Both the position numbers and the translations under genes were made by a program. A DNA stretch of 62,968 nucleotides, filler included, from Octopus bimaculoides (taxonomy: Eukaryota), in assembly GCF_001194135.2 (NCBI RefSeq). It is 4 parts of 4 records of this genome, joined end to end, with 100 filler letters (N's around TTAATTAATTAA, not from the genome) between each part and the next. Parts side by side here need not be neighbours in the genome. Positions count along the whole stretch, not along the records: positions 1 to 24,026 come from NC_068982.1; positions 24,127 to 52,882 come from NC_068983.1; 2 more parts are not named here. One strand, 5' to 3'. This document shows, piece after piece, positions 14,010 to 26,978 of the stretch. Numbering within the stretch: position 1 is the first letter of the stretch; each line of letters begins with the position of its first letter. The notes under the pieces were generated by a model. That model was not told the DNA's origin, made no database searches, and saw nothing but the letters and a program-made list of their open reading frames with translations.

Positions 14010-14400
14010 GTGGAGGCGCAATGGCCCAGTGGTTAGGGCAGCGGACTCGCGGTCATAGGATCGCGGTTTCGATTTCCAAACCGGGCGTTGTGAGTGTTTA
14101 TTGAGCGAAAACACCTAAAGCTCCACGAGGCTCCTGCAGGGGCTGGTGACGAACCCTGCTGTACTCTTTCACCACAACTTTCTCTCATTCTTACTTCCTG
14201 ATTCTGTTGTGCCTGTAATTCAAAGGGTCAGCCTTGTCACACTGTGTCACGCTGAATCTCCCCGGGAACTACGTTAAGGGTACACGTGTCTGTGGAGTGC
14301 TCAGCCACTTGCACGTTAATTTAACGAGCAGGCTGTTCCGTTGATCGGATCAACTGGAACCCTCGTCGTCGTAAGCGACGGAGTGCCAACAACAACAACA
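14010..14400 (+). mobile_element. tRNA-derived SINE, family C, with (AAC)n tail and a 12-bp TSD
   Basis: TGGCCCAGTGGTTAGG ... GTTTCGATTTCC head. TSD actattggatgt at 13998-14009 and 14401-14412. Confidence 0.92.
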
Positions 14401-16189
14401 ACTATTGGATGTCATTATCATCTTTCTTCACTTGACGTATTGTTGTTTTCTGTCCCTTCTTTTACCCTTTTCCGATCAGTTGTGCATTTGAGCACTGAAT
14501 AAAATAAGCTCATTATAATAATTGTTTTATATAAGATTTCGCTGGTTTCGAGCAAATTGAGCTAGAGGGTTCAAGTTAACTAACAGCACAAACTAATTCA
14601 ATAACAACAAAATAAACAGAAAAAATGTACAATAACAAGAAAGAAGCAATTATTAATTGCATCTAAAACTATGTTGTAACAAACAAGCTGACTGCAAGCA
14701 CAGCTTCTAAAAAAAAAATCTTTTCCTAGTTACCAAACTGATTAAATTTGTGAAAGTGACACGCTAAACTCAAAGATCACCCTGACAAAATATAACTCGT
14801 TGAAATGTTTATCATGCCTTTGTTGATGATGTTTTTTATCAACACAGACCAAAAGATAACTTAGAAATGTGAGCTTCTTTAAAAGAAGATCCGAACAATG
14901 TATTAAGAGCCATAATTATGATAGCGTATTAGTTACAGGAATACTTTATAATTTTCTTAGTTTTTGAAACTAAATAGTTTCTCTTATAAAATTCATTATC
15001 ATTAAAATAATTGTTTCTATCGTTTAATGTTTTCCTAAACTAGTTATGTTCGCTATACAATATGGTATAGTTGCTTTTAAGTTATAAAATTAACAAAATA
15101 TTAAATATTTCGAAATAAAAAAGAAAGGAAAATAATCATCAATTTGACAATTCATCAAATAGCTTTTATTAAATTTTCTTCTAAACGTATATAGCTAAAA
15201 GCAACGGTTTTTTTTTTAACAACTGCTAATGTATTTTCTGTATATATTATTATTGTTGTTGTTCCTGTTGTACTGTTCTGATGAAGCTGGCTGTGGTAGA
15301 GGATAATCAGTGGAATTTGAATTAAATATCTTACTATATTTAATTACACTCTTTAACTTTGTAAGTTCTAATTTTCAGCTTTCATTTCTTGAGGGTTGAT
15401 AAAATAAGTAAATATAATGTAGAGAGAGACAGAGAGCAATTCAATCATTCACTCTCTCAAACATAAATATCTCTTGTACCAATGTGAAAAATCTAATTGA
15501 AATTATATTAAAAATATTCCCTTTCCTTGTTTGGAAAACTCAGTTTTAACTTGATTTCTGTTAAAACACTTCTGTTAACGTTTTATTTTATAGTAACTAT
15601 TTTCTCTCTTTTGCGTTATCATACTTAGTATACTTTTAATTTAGGATACTCCTAATTTTATGCCATGGAGCAAAAAATCATAATTTACACTGTTTCAATT
15701 CATGGTGGAATTTATTCCACATCCTTCTTGCTATTTAATGTCTTTGGAAGAAACATGAACATTACGCAGTTCTTCTTTAACAAAGTTGTAAGCTTCTGCC
15801 AAATTTTTCTTACAAGTTTTAATGAACTTGCTGGTTGTAGATAAACATGAGGGTTTCTAAGGCTTAGTAGATAGAGAATTTTGATCTCTCAATCATATGA
15901 TCATAAGGTTGACTGACTATAAATAAAATGAGGGTTCAGGTGGCCAAGTGGTAAGAAAATTGAGCTCTCAATCATAAGATTCTTAGTTTAATTTTAAGCC
16001 TGGGTGGAGAAAGGCATTTCGTTTGCATTGCTTCGGTCTTATTCAAGCTTCAGTCTTATTCAAGTATCAGCCGGTTGCTGGTGCAGCCTACTCTCCCTCA
16101 AACTGTGACATCCATGATGTTCCATTGGATCAAGGATGAGAGATCTGAGAGGGTGTTTATATCTGTTGAAAGCTACATTAGGTACTTAA

Positions 16190-16560
16190 GCACAGGAGTG
16201 GCAAGTAGCTTGCTTACCAACCTTTTGGTTCTAGGTTCAGTCCCACTGCCTGGCACCTTGGGCAAGTGTTTTCTACTATAGCCTCAGGCTGACCAAAGCC
16301 TTGCGAGTAGATTTGGTAGACGGAAACTGAAAGAAGCCCGTCATAAATATGTATATCTTTGTGTGTCTGTGTTTGTTCCCCCCCCCCCCCATTTTCGCTT
16401 GATAATGCTGACGTGTACATCCCTGTAACTTAGCAGTTCGGCAAAAAAGACCAATAGAATAATTACTGGGTTTACAAAGAATAAGTCTTGGGGTCGATTT
16501 GTTCGACTAATTGTGGTGTTTCAGCATGGCCACAGTCAAATGACTAAAACAAATAAAAAA
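16190..16560 (+). mobile_element. Family B SINE
   Basis: Same blocks as 55850-56260. Confidence 0.85.
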
Positions 16561-17584
16561 ATGTTGCCAAATCATTCTTGCATGTGAGTGATAACTACAC
16601 ATCTGTGCTACCTGCTTTTGTGTGTGTGTGTGTGTATGTGTGTGTGTGTGTGTGTATGTGTGTGTGTGTGTGTGTGTGTGATGACCTGTAGTTCAGTTCT
16701 TGATACCAGTTGCTCACTCTGGTGTAGATTTATATGAATCTGTTTTTATAAAGAGAGCAATTTAACCATTCTAATACAATGAAGATAATTCCCTAACCCC
16801 CAACTTTATGGTTCACATATTATGGCATGTCATCATATTCCATATAGTTCTTACAACCATATAAGACAGTAGGGTATTGAGAATTGCTCATAAAAAGGAA
16901 GCTTACATTTGTTTGTAACAGTAATTTGAAACCAAACCCATAAAACTGGAATTCCTCTTTGAATTATTTAAATCAGCTGGTACATCATTCCAGCATTATT
17001 AGTAGCAGCCTTATTGTAATCTAATCTGCTAAATTGTTACCCACTGGTTAATTTCTTTTGTAAAGCTGTTTGAAATACCTGTGGGTAAACTAGATTTGAA
17101 TCTGAATCATTAAGTAGACAATTTCTATACAAAAGAAATTATATTATTCACTTCATATGGTGGTCTGATCTAAACAATAGGCTATTCCAATAAATATTAT
17201 ACGAGAAAGAAACAATTAACTTCGGCTTTTTCTATAAGACACTTTTTATATGCCTTGTCATTGCTTATCACTTGAAAGTCAGTTATATTACACAGGCCAG
17301 AGTGATTGGTGTAGATATTATCCCACCACCCCTGGACTTGAATTTTGACTGTTATCTTTCTTCAACTAAACATTTTTCTTTGTCACCCTTGAGAATTGTT
17401 TAGTATACGGAGATATGTTGTCAACTAATGCTTTTCCTATCTAATTTTATTTTGATTTTGTGTGATATGGGTGTAGAAATGTTGACTGATTTAACAACTT
17501 AACTTTTCCAATCAAGCTGCAAGGAACTCATATGAAGACAAAACACGAATGCCTTAATAAAAAGACAGGTCTAGATCAGTTGGT

Positions 17585-17621
<37 letters not shown>

Positions 17622-17625
<4 letters not shown>

Positions 17626-19620
17626 GTGTCCACTTCAAGCGCTACTAACTGGAAAATTGGATCTCCCCGTTCGCTACTCTGTCATCTTTGGGGGGGGGGT
17701 GTCTATGAGTTGTTTTCCTCTGGTTCAGGGGAAATAACCCGTCCTCATTAATTTTTTCTTTTTTGTTTTGTTAATACATATTTCTCGTTTTCCGAGCGTT
17801 TCCTCACGTCCGCAACGTAGATATTTTTAAATTGTCTTTTTATATAGAGTCTGACGAGCTGTCCACAAGGTTTTGCCCTTGTGGATGTGAAACCTTGGGT
17901 AACTCTTTGTCCAAGATATAAAATTTTGTTTTAATAATTACTGCCCTATTCTTTAGAGTGTGCTTCTTTCTGATATATGATTTTTTATTAACTATCTGCG
18001 ATCTGGTTACAGAGTGTCTTACGAAGTCCGCGACATTATCTAGGTTTGATTACTGTACCGATCTCTGTGCTTCTACATATTACCAATTGCTACCTTAAGG
18101 ATAGCAGGGAACGTTTTGATTTTGGATATTCTACAAAAAAATATCCCTATACCTTCTAATGAGGTCTACACAAAAATGTTACTGGAGAAAATGATAGACC
18201 TTATAAGGTGCATGAGATGGAAGGCGTTTTTCTATGATCAAAGCACACCACCTTCCGAGGCGACATACGGTATCAAGTCTGGGAAGTTCCCACCTAGAAT
18301 CAAAGAACTCGAGGCCTTCATAGCGGACCTACTGGGCATAATACCCAGACCAAAATTCCATAAGTCCTTTTCCCCTTTTCAAAGCAAACTCCATGAAGAT
18401 ACACAAAAAGAAACTCTAACAGGTCCATGATCTTCTTGAATAAGACTAAGAACTTATACATGATAGATACATACTTACAATAAGCTTTTAAATGACTGAA
18501 CCACACGAAAATATAGACGCGCTTTGCTACACACTTACAATAGCATTAACTGTGAGGCTAAACAGATATTTAACCTAGGTATAGCAGACAGAGTAGAGGT
18601 CTTGGCCAAGAGAAATGCTTTTATTACTTTGAAGGATTGCAAGCCAAATTTTGCCTCTAATCCAGCCAAGTTGAAGATTGGCCCGGCAAGTAAAAATATA
18701 CTGGAGAAGATTAATGATGACATAAGACACACGAGCCTCCCTTTATGATGCAGCATCAATGAGGTAACCTCATGGTTTATTGCCAACTGGGACAGAGGCA
18801 AAGCTAGATTTACACAGTTAAACATTGTTGACTTTTATCCACCTATTTCTAAAGAGTTATTGTTGAAGGCACTTTCTTTTGCCAAGGGCTTCACAAATAT
18901 TAGTTATAGTGATGTTAGTTATCATGCATGTCAGGAAAATGGTGCTGTTCAGCAAGGATTCGACTTGAGTTAAGCAATCTGACCCCTATGGTGTAGTTAG
19001 GGGAGCATATGACGGTGCCGATGTCTGTGATCTTATCAGACTGGACATCTTAAAGAAGTTTCCTTTGTTCCTCTTCGACCTCTATAAAGATGATGCTCTA
19101 GCCTTCTAGAGGAGCCAAGGGCCACACATTAGATAGACTTAGAAAGGATCTAATTAGCACCTTAGGCTCAATGGGTCTCAAGATCATCATTGAGACTAAT
19201 CTCACCACAGTAGATTTCTTAGATGTTACTTTAGATCTGGATTCTGGTAGATACAGGCCCTATCACAAGCCAAACAAGAGACTGTCTTATATTAGCACAG
19301 CCTCCTGCCACCACCCTATAGTTTTCAAGAACCTAGTGAAAAGTGTAAGCAAGAGGATCTTGAATCTATCCTCAAGCCAAGATATCTTCAATGCCGCTGC
19401 CCCTACTACAATGAGGCACTGGCATTGAGTAGGTTTAAGGACCGCATCTCCTACATGCCTGTCCCTAGCACCTGGAAAAGGAAGCACTGCAGAAATGTCA
19501 TTTGGTTTGCTCTACCCTTCTCACTCAATGTCAAGATTTGTGTGAGAAAGATTTTCCTTAGATTGACAGACAAACATTTCACACACACTTACAGATACAG
19601 GCATTTATTTAACAGATACT
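17622..19620 (+). mobile_element. Penelope-like element, Naiad/Chlamys-type RT; decayed and 3'-truncated (no GIY-YIG)
   Basis: Frameshifted pieces: QKNIPIPS..Y.KMLLEK.IDLIRCMRWKAFF, KELEAFIADLL, AKRNAFITLKDCKPNF, NIVDFYP, GAYDGADVCDL, YKDD (19083-19094), VDFLDVTLDL..GRYRPYHKPN...YISTASCHHP, VIWFALPFS.NV. Confidence 0.85.
17846..17906 (+). ncRNA. Type I hammerhead ribozyme in the PLE 5' region; predicted cleavage after A17901 (GUA)
   Basis: AGAGT (stem I) - CTGACGA - G...TCCACAAGG loop CCTTGTGGA...T (stem II) - GAAA - CC ttg GG (stem III) - TA - ACTCT (stem I). All core nucleotides are present. The stem II closing pair is G-U rather than G-C. Confidence 0.82.
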
Positions 19621-20959
19621 TGTACCTAATTTCTTTCAGCATTCTTTGAACTGTTCAACTATTTACATCTATTTCATTATCTAATGTATCTTTTGTTTTT
19701 TTTTGTTGTTAAATAAGTATATTTTATTTTTATCTTTTACTTGCTTCAGTCATTAGACTGTGGCTATTTTGGGATACCACCTTGGAGAGGTCCAGTCAAA
19801 CAAATCAACCTCACTAATTATTTTTTAAGGCTGGTACTTATTCTATCATTCACTGAACTGCTAAGTTATGGGGATCTAAACAAACCAGCACCAGTTGTCA
19901 AGCAGTGGCAGAGATAGCAGCAACAAGCACACACACAACAGGCGTCCAAACAGTTTTCATCTACCAAATTCACAAGGCATTGGTAGTCTTGGGGCTTTAG
20001 TAGAAGACATTTACCCAAGGTGTTGTGCAGTAGAAGACAGTTACCCAAGGTGCTGTGCATAAAGGCTCCTTTGGCTCAGTTCTGTAATGAATGTTCTACT
20101 TAACATCATATAGTTGAAATATCTTTGTCTCCATTTCCAACACAGGACATTTTCCTCAATTACTGATTTCTGGAGGAAAAGTACTAAATGGAGTAAATCT
20201 GGAATTGAACCCTGTTTGTTAACTTGGTTCATATATCTCACCGGGAGACCAGGAGCCTTGCACCTGCTGATAGTGCTTATACTTTTTATATGTGAAGCAT
20301 TGCAATCCAAACTGGTTTTGTTGGGCGAGGGAATCTATAGAAATTAAAACTAATCAAAATAATTAATGAAGGTAATAAAGTCAATAGTTAAATGAAATTC
20401 AATATAAAGTTTATATATTTTTCTGTTACCTACCATAAAGCACAGAAATCTTAGTTGTAACCGTTTTAGGTGGATGAATTCTACATTTACTTAGTAGTAT
20501 TCTATCCACTATTGAGGCTCCAATGAAGCTACGTTATCCAAGCATTCAACTATAGGTGCATTGCATCTTATAGCCGAAACAGCTGTAAGCTAATGAAGTT
20601 CATAACATAATTTCTTGTTTCTTTGTCATTTATTTAATCTTTATTATGCTCTGTACTTGACTAACGCTTATTTCTGAGGCATATGTATACTGAGTTCTAA
20701 CACCAAGCTATTAGTATCATTGTCAAAGTGAAATATTAAAATATACATTTATATAATTATAATCCTTTTTTTTAACATCCATGTTCCATGCTTGCATGGT
20801 TTGAGAGAATGTGACCAGTCTGAGGACTGCATTGTGTTCCAGCATTTGCTTTGGCATGGTTTCTATGGCTTGATACCCTTCCTAATGTCAGCCACTCTAC
20901 AGAGTGTATTGCCTGCTTTTCTTCAGAGGTAACCATTTAACTTGTGAGGTTGATTTCCT

Positions 20960-21380
20960 TCAACTTAAAATGTGAAAGAAGGGGTCAGAACAGGTTTCTT
21001 GTAGTAAAGATGCTACATGGCTACACCCATTATAGAAGAGAAGGTGGGAGAGTGGAGCTGGAAAGAGAAATTGTAGTAGTAGTGACATGATAGGATGAAC
21101 CCTCAAGGTATGAGGCAAGAAACGAATGAGGACAAAATAACAAGGATGCATGGCTAGAGTTTACAAGAGTTTATGGGGAAAGTGAGAGAGGGTTAGAAAT
21201 GGTGTATGAGTGGGGATGTGAATGTAATGAACAAAGAACAAGTCTGAAGGTTAAGTATTTGTTGGAGGGAAGGTAGAGAAGAGTAGGTGATGACTGTCAA
21301 TATTGGGTAGGGTTGAAGGGTAAATGTGAATTGTGGATATTTGGAGTTATTAAGACTGTTTTCAAAATAACTATACAACT
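20960..21380 (-). mobile_element. Old CR1/L2-like LINE 3' fragment
   Basis: Degraded HPHSYTISNP...LVNSSH...SYLEGS-like translation. Weak. Confidence 0.4.
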
Positions 21381-21887
21381 AAGAACAATTGACTAAACTT
21401 TGCCGCTATTGTTATGTGAGGAAGTAACATGGAATTTCATACTGGTAACCTTTCTGTACAAGTAGTTTAAGTCTTTACTGCTGAAATGCCCATGTAAGTT
21501 TTAAAGGTGATCAAACCAAAGATCTTGATGAGCATGCTTTAATGTGATCAAATCAAATTTAAAACTGACACCATTTTTATTCTAATCAACACTGACAGAA
21601 ATGTGATGTCTATAAGAGAATTGCATGTAAAAAATAATTGAATCTATAAAAGTGGTCTTCTCATTTTTATTAGATGTTTGTATTTCATACAAGCATGGAT
21701 TGAACAGTTCAACAGGATCTGATAGGCTGGAGGACTGCATCTTGCCCCAACGTCTGCTTTGGCATAGTTTCTATGGCTGGATGCCTTTCTTAACACTAAC
21801 CATTTTACAGAGTGTATTAGGTGCTTTTTACATGGCACCAGCATAAGTTGGGTTGTCATGTAACTCCCTAGGGAGTTACATGACAAG

Positions 21888-21976
21888 GAGATACATGGCT
21901 ACTTGTATTTGATACATGGGAGATACATGGCTACTTGTATTTGATACATGGGAGATACATGGCTACTTGTATTTGA
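21888..21976. repeat. 32-bp minisatellite, about 2.7 copies
   Basis: Unit ggagatacatggctacttgtatttgatacatg. Confidence 0.9.
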
Positions 21977-22652
21977 ATTTTAAAATATTACTTGATTGAA
22001 TTGTAGCTGCATGCTTACATGTACAAATAATAAAAAAAATGCAAAAATAAGTTAGAATGTTTGAACTGGTACAGTATAATAGAATGCAATATAACCAGCC
22101 TTCACTTGTGAAAGAGTTTGACTTGGTAACAAGTACCATTCTTGCACTAATTGTTTTAGGTGCTTCAATATTTGTGGCAAGCAGACATGGACATTATCTT
22201 GGTCCTCTCATGTTGATTCAACAGAACATCTAGGACAATTACATGCAAACTGCAGCCCGTAAGACTTTTCTGAATGGTACATCTAACAAAAAAATTATCT
22301 TGAATTTTTTTTAGTAGTGATATGACAAGAGATATGGCAAGCCATATCGCTTGTAGTCTGCTTCTTGAGAAGCTTCCTGATGTCTTGTATGCAATGGCTG
22401 GAGTGAGAGAAGGTTGTGTTAGTAGCTTGGTTGGTATTCATTACAACTAAATAGACTAAAGTGAAATGAGGTATCTTGCTGAATAATATACACTGTCTGA
22501 TCCAAGAATTGAACCCACACCCTTGTTTGTGAACCAAACACCAAAACCACTAGGACACAAGCCTTTGCAAGAATCTGGTAAACATGCATTAACACTCAGG
22601 ATGTTTTCATTTTAAGCTTTGTGTTGTTTTAAAATGTTTTCCCTTTATTTAG

Positions 22653-22805
22653 GCACATGATAAACTTGAAGAAACTCCTTTAGAAGCAGAGAACAATAAA
22701 TCATTGGATCTTCAAGTTGAAGCATTAAAAATATTATCTGAACATTCCTCAACAAATGAAAGTGCTGCAGAATTGTGGGATATTTTGAAGGATAATCACG
22801 TACAG
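22653..22805 (+). CDS. MPP2: p55 MAGUK (MPP2/MPP6-like) exon, second L27 domain
   Basis: Boundaries ccctttatttag|GCA ... CAG|gtagtt; 153 nt, phase 0-0. Encodes AHDKLEETPLEAENNKSLDLQVEALKILSEHSSTNESAAELWDILKDNHVQ, compared with recalled MPP2 AHERLEETKLEAVRDNNLELVQEILRDLAQLAEQSSTAAELAHILQEPHFQ. Confidence 0.9.
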
Positions 22806-23359
22806 GTAGTTATAAGTTATTTCTCTTCAATTACCACCCTTCTCCTTTGTTGCCTCCCTCCCCTCCCTTTACTCCCCATCTCTAGCTCCTTCATGCTCTC
22901 TTGGAGCATCTGCCCACCCATCCACTCACTTCTTCCCATCTCATATCTTGAGAGTCCTCCTTGACACATAATCACCACTATTTTTATCTCTCTTTCTCCC
23001 TCTCTCCTTCTCCCTCTCTCCTTCTCCCTCTCTTTCCTCCTCTCTCTAGCTCCACCCAATCACTCCCACCTCTTCTAAAATGTGAGTAGTCATGCCTATA
23101 TTTGTTTCTGCTTATATTTCTTTGGCTGCTAGTTCTCATACATGTTTTGGTTGGTAACAATGGCCAATCAGATAACTTGTCATTTGCTACTTTCTATTCC
23201 AAGAAATTAGTTGTTAATTATCATGTTGCTTTCACAAATTACCCTCACCAACTACCACCTCACCTGTACATCTGATCAGCCAGAACCCATATTTTATTTG
23301 GGTCTCTTCAAACTTTTACTCCCAATAATCTTCCCCTTCTCAGCGTAGCCTTCCACCTC

Positions 23360-23993
23360 ACCAAGAAATGACAGATGGTTATGTGCAGACCCTGAAGTTC
23401 CAAGTGTTATGCATGCAAAATTTCCTGCAACTGTCATGGTTTTAGGGGTTGTCAGCAATGAAGGACATGTGATGCCTCCTTACTTCTTTCCACAAGGCCT
23501 TAGAGTTAACTCTGTCGCCTACATTGAGGTCCTGGAAACAATTGTTAAACCCTGGATAGACAGTGTATGCAATGGGAGGCCATATGTGTTTCAGTAAAAC
23601 TCTGCACTATCACACATAGCTCTAGTAACACAAGAATGGATGGCTGGAAATATTCATGATCATATAACTCCTAACATTTGGCCTCCAAATTCCCCAAATT
23701 TCAATCCATTGGACTATTGCATATGGAGCACTGTTGAGAGAGAGGTTAATGAACATACCCATAACACCAAAGATTCTTTGAAAGCTGCCATAATCAGAAT
23801 AAAGTCCGAAATGTACCAGGATTTAAATCTCATATAGAAGCAGTTGTTGAAGCTGAAGGTGGCATTATTGAATAACATTATAGAAAAGGTTTATTTTTAT
23901 CCTCAGCATTTTTTGATAAATAAATTTATTTGTTATATATCTTTTTTTTTTTTTATAAACATAAATCTGTCCTCAAGTATCTTATGTACCCTG
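23360..23993 (+). mobile_element. Tc1/mariner DD37D (maT-type) transposase 3' part with right TIR; decayed
   Basis: NDRWLC...KFPATVMVLGVVSNEG...VFQ*NSA...WPPNSPNFNPLDY, with 37 residues between the second-D position (mutated to N) and the third D. Ends ...tatgtaccctg followed by TA. Confidence 0.85.
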
Positions 23994-24026
<33 letters not shown>

Positions 24027-24301
24027 NNNNNNNNNNNNNNNNNNNNNNNNNNNNNNNNNNNNNNNNNNNNTTAATTAATTAANNNNNNNNNNNNNNNNNN
24101 NNNNNNNNNNNNNNNNNNNNNNNNNNACATCCCTGTAACTTATCAGTTTTGGCAAAAGAAAATGATAGAATAAGTACTAGGTTAAAAAATAAGTCCTGGA
24201 GTTGATTTGTTCAACTAAGACCCTTCAAGATGGTGCCCCAGCATGGGTGCAGTCAAATGACTGGAACAAGTAAAAAATAAAGATACATGTAAATAGATAT
24301 T

Positions 24302-24378
<77 letters not shown>

Positions 24379-24789
24379 GCAGAAGCAAAAACTGAAAATT
24401 TTCAGAAGGTGATCACTTGTGTAGAAGCTTATATGCATTTATATATTTACAGAACAAATTTATATGGAGTGCAAAATATACAGAAAACTAAGGGAAGAGG
24501 GTATGGTATTTCAGGTCCAACAGTTGTTTCTGGGGGCTCAGAATTACGTAAAAGTTTCAATGTCAGCATATGGGGTATGCAAAAAGTCAAAGATATGCAA
24601 AGATATGTAAGTTGTCAATCTTCCCACTCTGATGACAGACGTTGGGTTTACAGTGATGTTTATATGCATCCACTTCTGGCTGCATATCTTTGACTCACCT
24701 GTTGACTCTATCTATATAAAAATATTTACATTTATGTTTATCTGCACACACACACACACTCCGGCCCCTCTCTGAAAGGACACCGCGCA

Positions 24790-25134
24790 AAGAAACGAAT
24801 AAGGGACAACAATCAATGCACACTAACAAATTTTCCCATCCGTGACACAGATTTATGCCAATGGGTAAATGTTGTGTATAGAATACAATGTAACAAATGC
24901 AACAAGTTCTATGTGGGTAGAACAACAAGACCGTTACATGTCCGCATCAAAGAACATCTGAACACAAGAGCCTCCTCCTTCAGAAAACATCTAGACAGAT
25001 GCTGGAACACTGATAAAAGCATAACAGTCACAATTGAGGCTAATGAAAGAAATTTGGGTAATTTAAGAATTAAGGAAGTTTTACTCATACACAGACTAGG
25101 ACCCAAAATTAACAAAAAGGCTGGAGGTTGGTAA
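24790..25134 (+). mobile_element. GIY-YIG endonuclease fragment of a Penelope/Poseidon-type element
   Basis: VVYRIQCNKCNKFYVGRTTRPLHVRIKEH...LRIKEVLLI...PKIN. Confidence 0.82.
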
Positions 25135-25399
25135 TCAATATATTATTTAGCTACATCTGGATGTGTGTAGGTTCATTCTTAATAACATGCTCAAGTATTG
25201 TTTATAACAAAAGAAAAAAAAAGAAGGGGAAAAAAAAAGAGAAGCTGCACGTATAACACATAACTTAGAAGCAGCGCTACAGATGTACCAACACACACGA
25301 GATTGAGACATAGCCGACCTCACGCACTTCTCATGAGGAATTCCGGAAGGAGCTTCGTGAGACCACTGCTGAGATGCTTCCATAAAAAGAAAAGCCGTT

Positions 25400-25880
25400 G
25401 GAAAACAGTTTATAGCAAAGACTCAATCTAAGAATATCTGAAGAAGGAATTGTATTCCGAAATATCATTGAACTATAGAAGTAATTATAAGGACCTGGAA
25501 ATTGAAATACAAAAGATGTGGCATTTTAAAACGAGAACTATTCCTGTTATTTTAGGTGCCCTAGGTATGATAAAAAAGGGATGTCAGAAACATGTAGATA
25601 ATTTCCCAGGAGAACCATGTCTCAGAGAAATCCAAAAGATTATGCTGACAAGTACTGCCCACATTCTTAGAAAACCCTATCCATGTAAATGTCTGTGTTC
25701 TATTACATGAAGATATTTCGCTACCACCTCTCCCCAAGCTTTCAGTCATACTGTAACATCTCTTATCCTTCACTCACCCCAGGATGCTGGGTGTTTCTCG
25801 ACAAGTGACTGTAACAAAAATGCAGATTAAAAGCAAATAATAATAATAATGATAATAATAATAATAATAATAATAATAAT
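25400..25880 (+). mobile_element. R4/Dong-like (REL endonuclease) LINE 3' end with (TAA)n tail
   Basis: YKDLEIEIQKMW....TIPVILGALGMI...EIQKIMLTSTAHILRK, then a short UTR and (TAA)n at about 25838-25880. Confidence 0.8.
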
Positions 25881-25919
25881 TCACAAATGAATACCCTACA
25901 CTTACTCTAAACCACTACA

Positions 25920-26365
25920 AGTTGTGGCACATGACCAGGTAGCGAAAGTGTTACGGCGGAAAGTGTGCGAAAAGCGGGGGCTAGAGAGAGGCAAGACGTG
26001 GTATGAGCACAAACCGCAGAGATTGGCGGAGTCAGAGACTAGCAAAATCCTCTGAGATTTTCCAATCCAAACAGATCAGGTGCTAGAGCATAACAGACCG
26101 GACCTAGTGATGGTGGACAAGATGCACCACATATGCTATACAGTTGATGTTGCATGCCCCTTCGACCCATGAATAGTCAAGAATGAAGGTGAAAAGATAG
26201 ATAGATACAACCCTCTTAAGTATGAAATAGCCCAGCAATGGAAAATGAAGAAGAGGAAGATAGTGTCAATTATAGCTGGGTCCAGTATCAGAAGGCATCA
26301 AGAGAAATATAAAAGAAATTGGAATAGATTACCCAGTAGAACTGTTACAAAAAATTTGTTCTCAT
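25920..26365 (+). mobile_element. Second REL-endonuclease LINE fragment (R4/Dong-like)
   Basis: HDQVAK...WYEHKP...KIL*DFPIQTD..LEHNRPD...DVACPFD...EK.DRY..LKYEI, with internal stops. Confidence 0.8.
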
Positions 26366-26978
26366 GGCTTCTGATCTTAACTGATTGGAAGTGTTAACAT
26401 GTACATGTTTTGTCTTGGTATAAAAGATGGGCTACAACAAATATTTTGCTCAATACCACAGATTTGGTTCTCAGTTGCTTGACCTTAACCAGTTGAACAG
26501 GTCCCTTAATGGCTGATGATATGTACATCCCTGATTACGAACATGAATAGTTGGAGAGCATCATAGCCATCTATTTAGAGGAATTCTTTGGGGTTAGAAC
26601 AATTCACCTCTGGATACATGTCCTTCATTCATCATCCTTAAACAACTCTTCTTTGGGGACCTTTTGAGCGGGATGGGCTACTCGGCCTGAAGAAAATTCT
26701 AACTGCAAAATCATGTGCTGTTTATCTTGATATGAGATCACCATATCATGCACATATAGTTGTGATGCATATGCCTAGTGTACCCTTATCAGACAGGTAG
26801 TCACGATAGTCATTTGTACCCAAGTGTTACTTTGATGGCATGCATTGCTCTCTCACTCAACAACAACAGCAGCAGCAGCAGCAGCAACAACAACAACCTC
26901 CCCCAGTGATAGTAGTTAAACAGGATAATACAAATATGGTCAATAATCATACTAAACAAATTGCTTTAGATATTACTA

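Noticed and set aside
18116-19620. Selenocysteine-recoding Naiad (UGA plus SECIS)
   Set aside because: The copy ends before the GIY-YIG domain and 3' UTR, and its stops and frameshifts are scattered, so recoding cannot be supported.
21888-21976. CRISPR-like array
   Set aside because: The 32-bp units are contiguous with no unique spacers, the context is eukaryotic and there are no cas genes. It is a minisatellite.
24071-24082. TTAATTAATTAA islands inside N runs (also 52927-52938 and 57038-57049)
   Set aside because: An identical 12-mer with stops in all frames, centred in fixed N padding, is an assembly or scaffolding spacer rather than biology.
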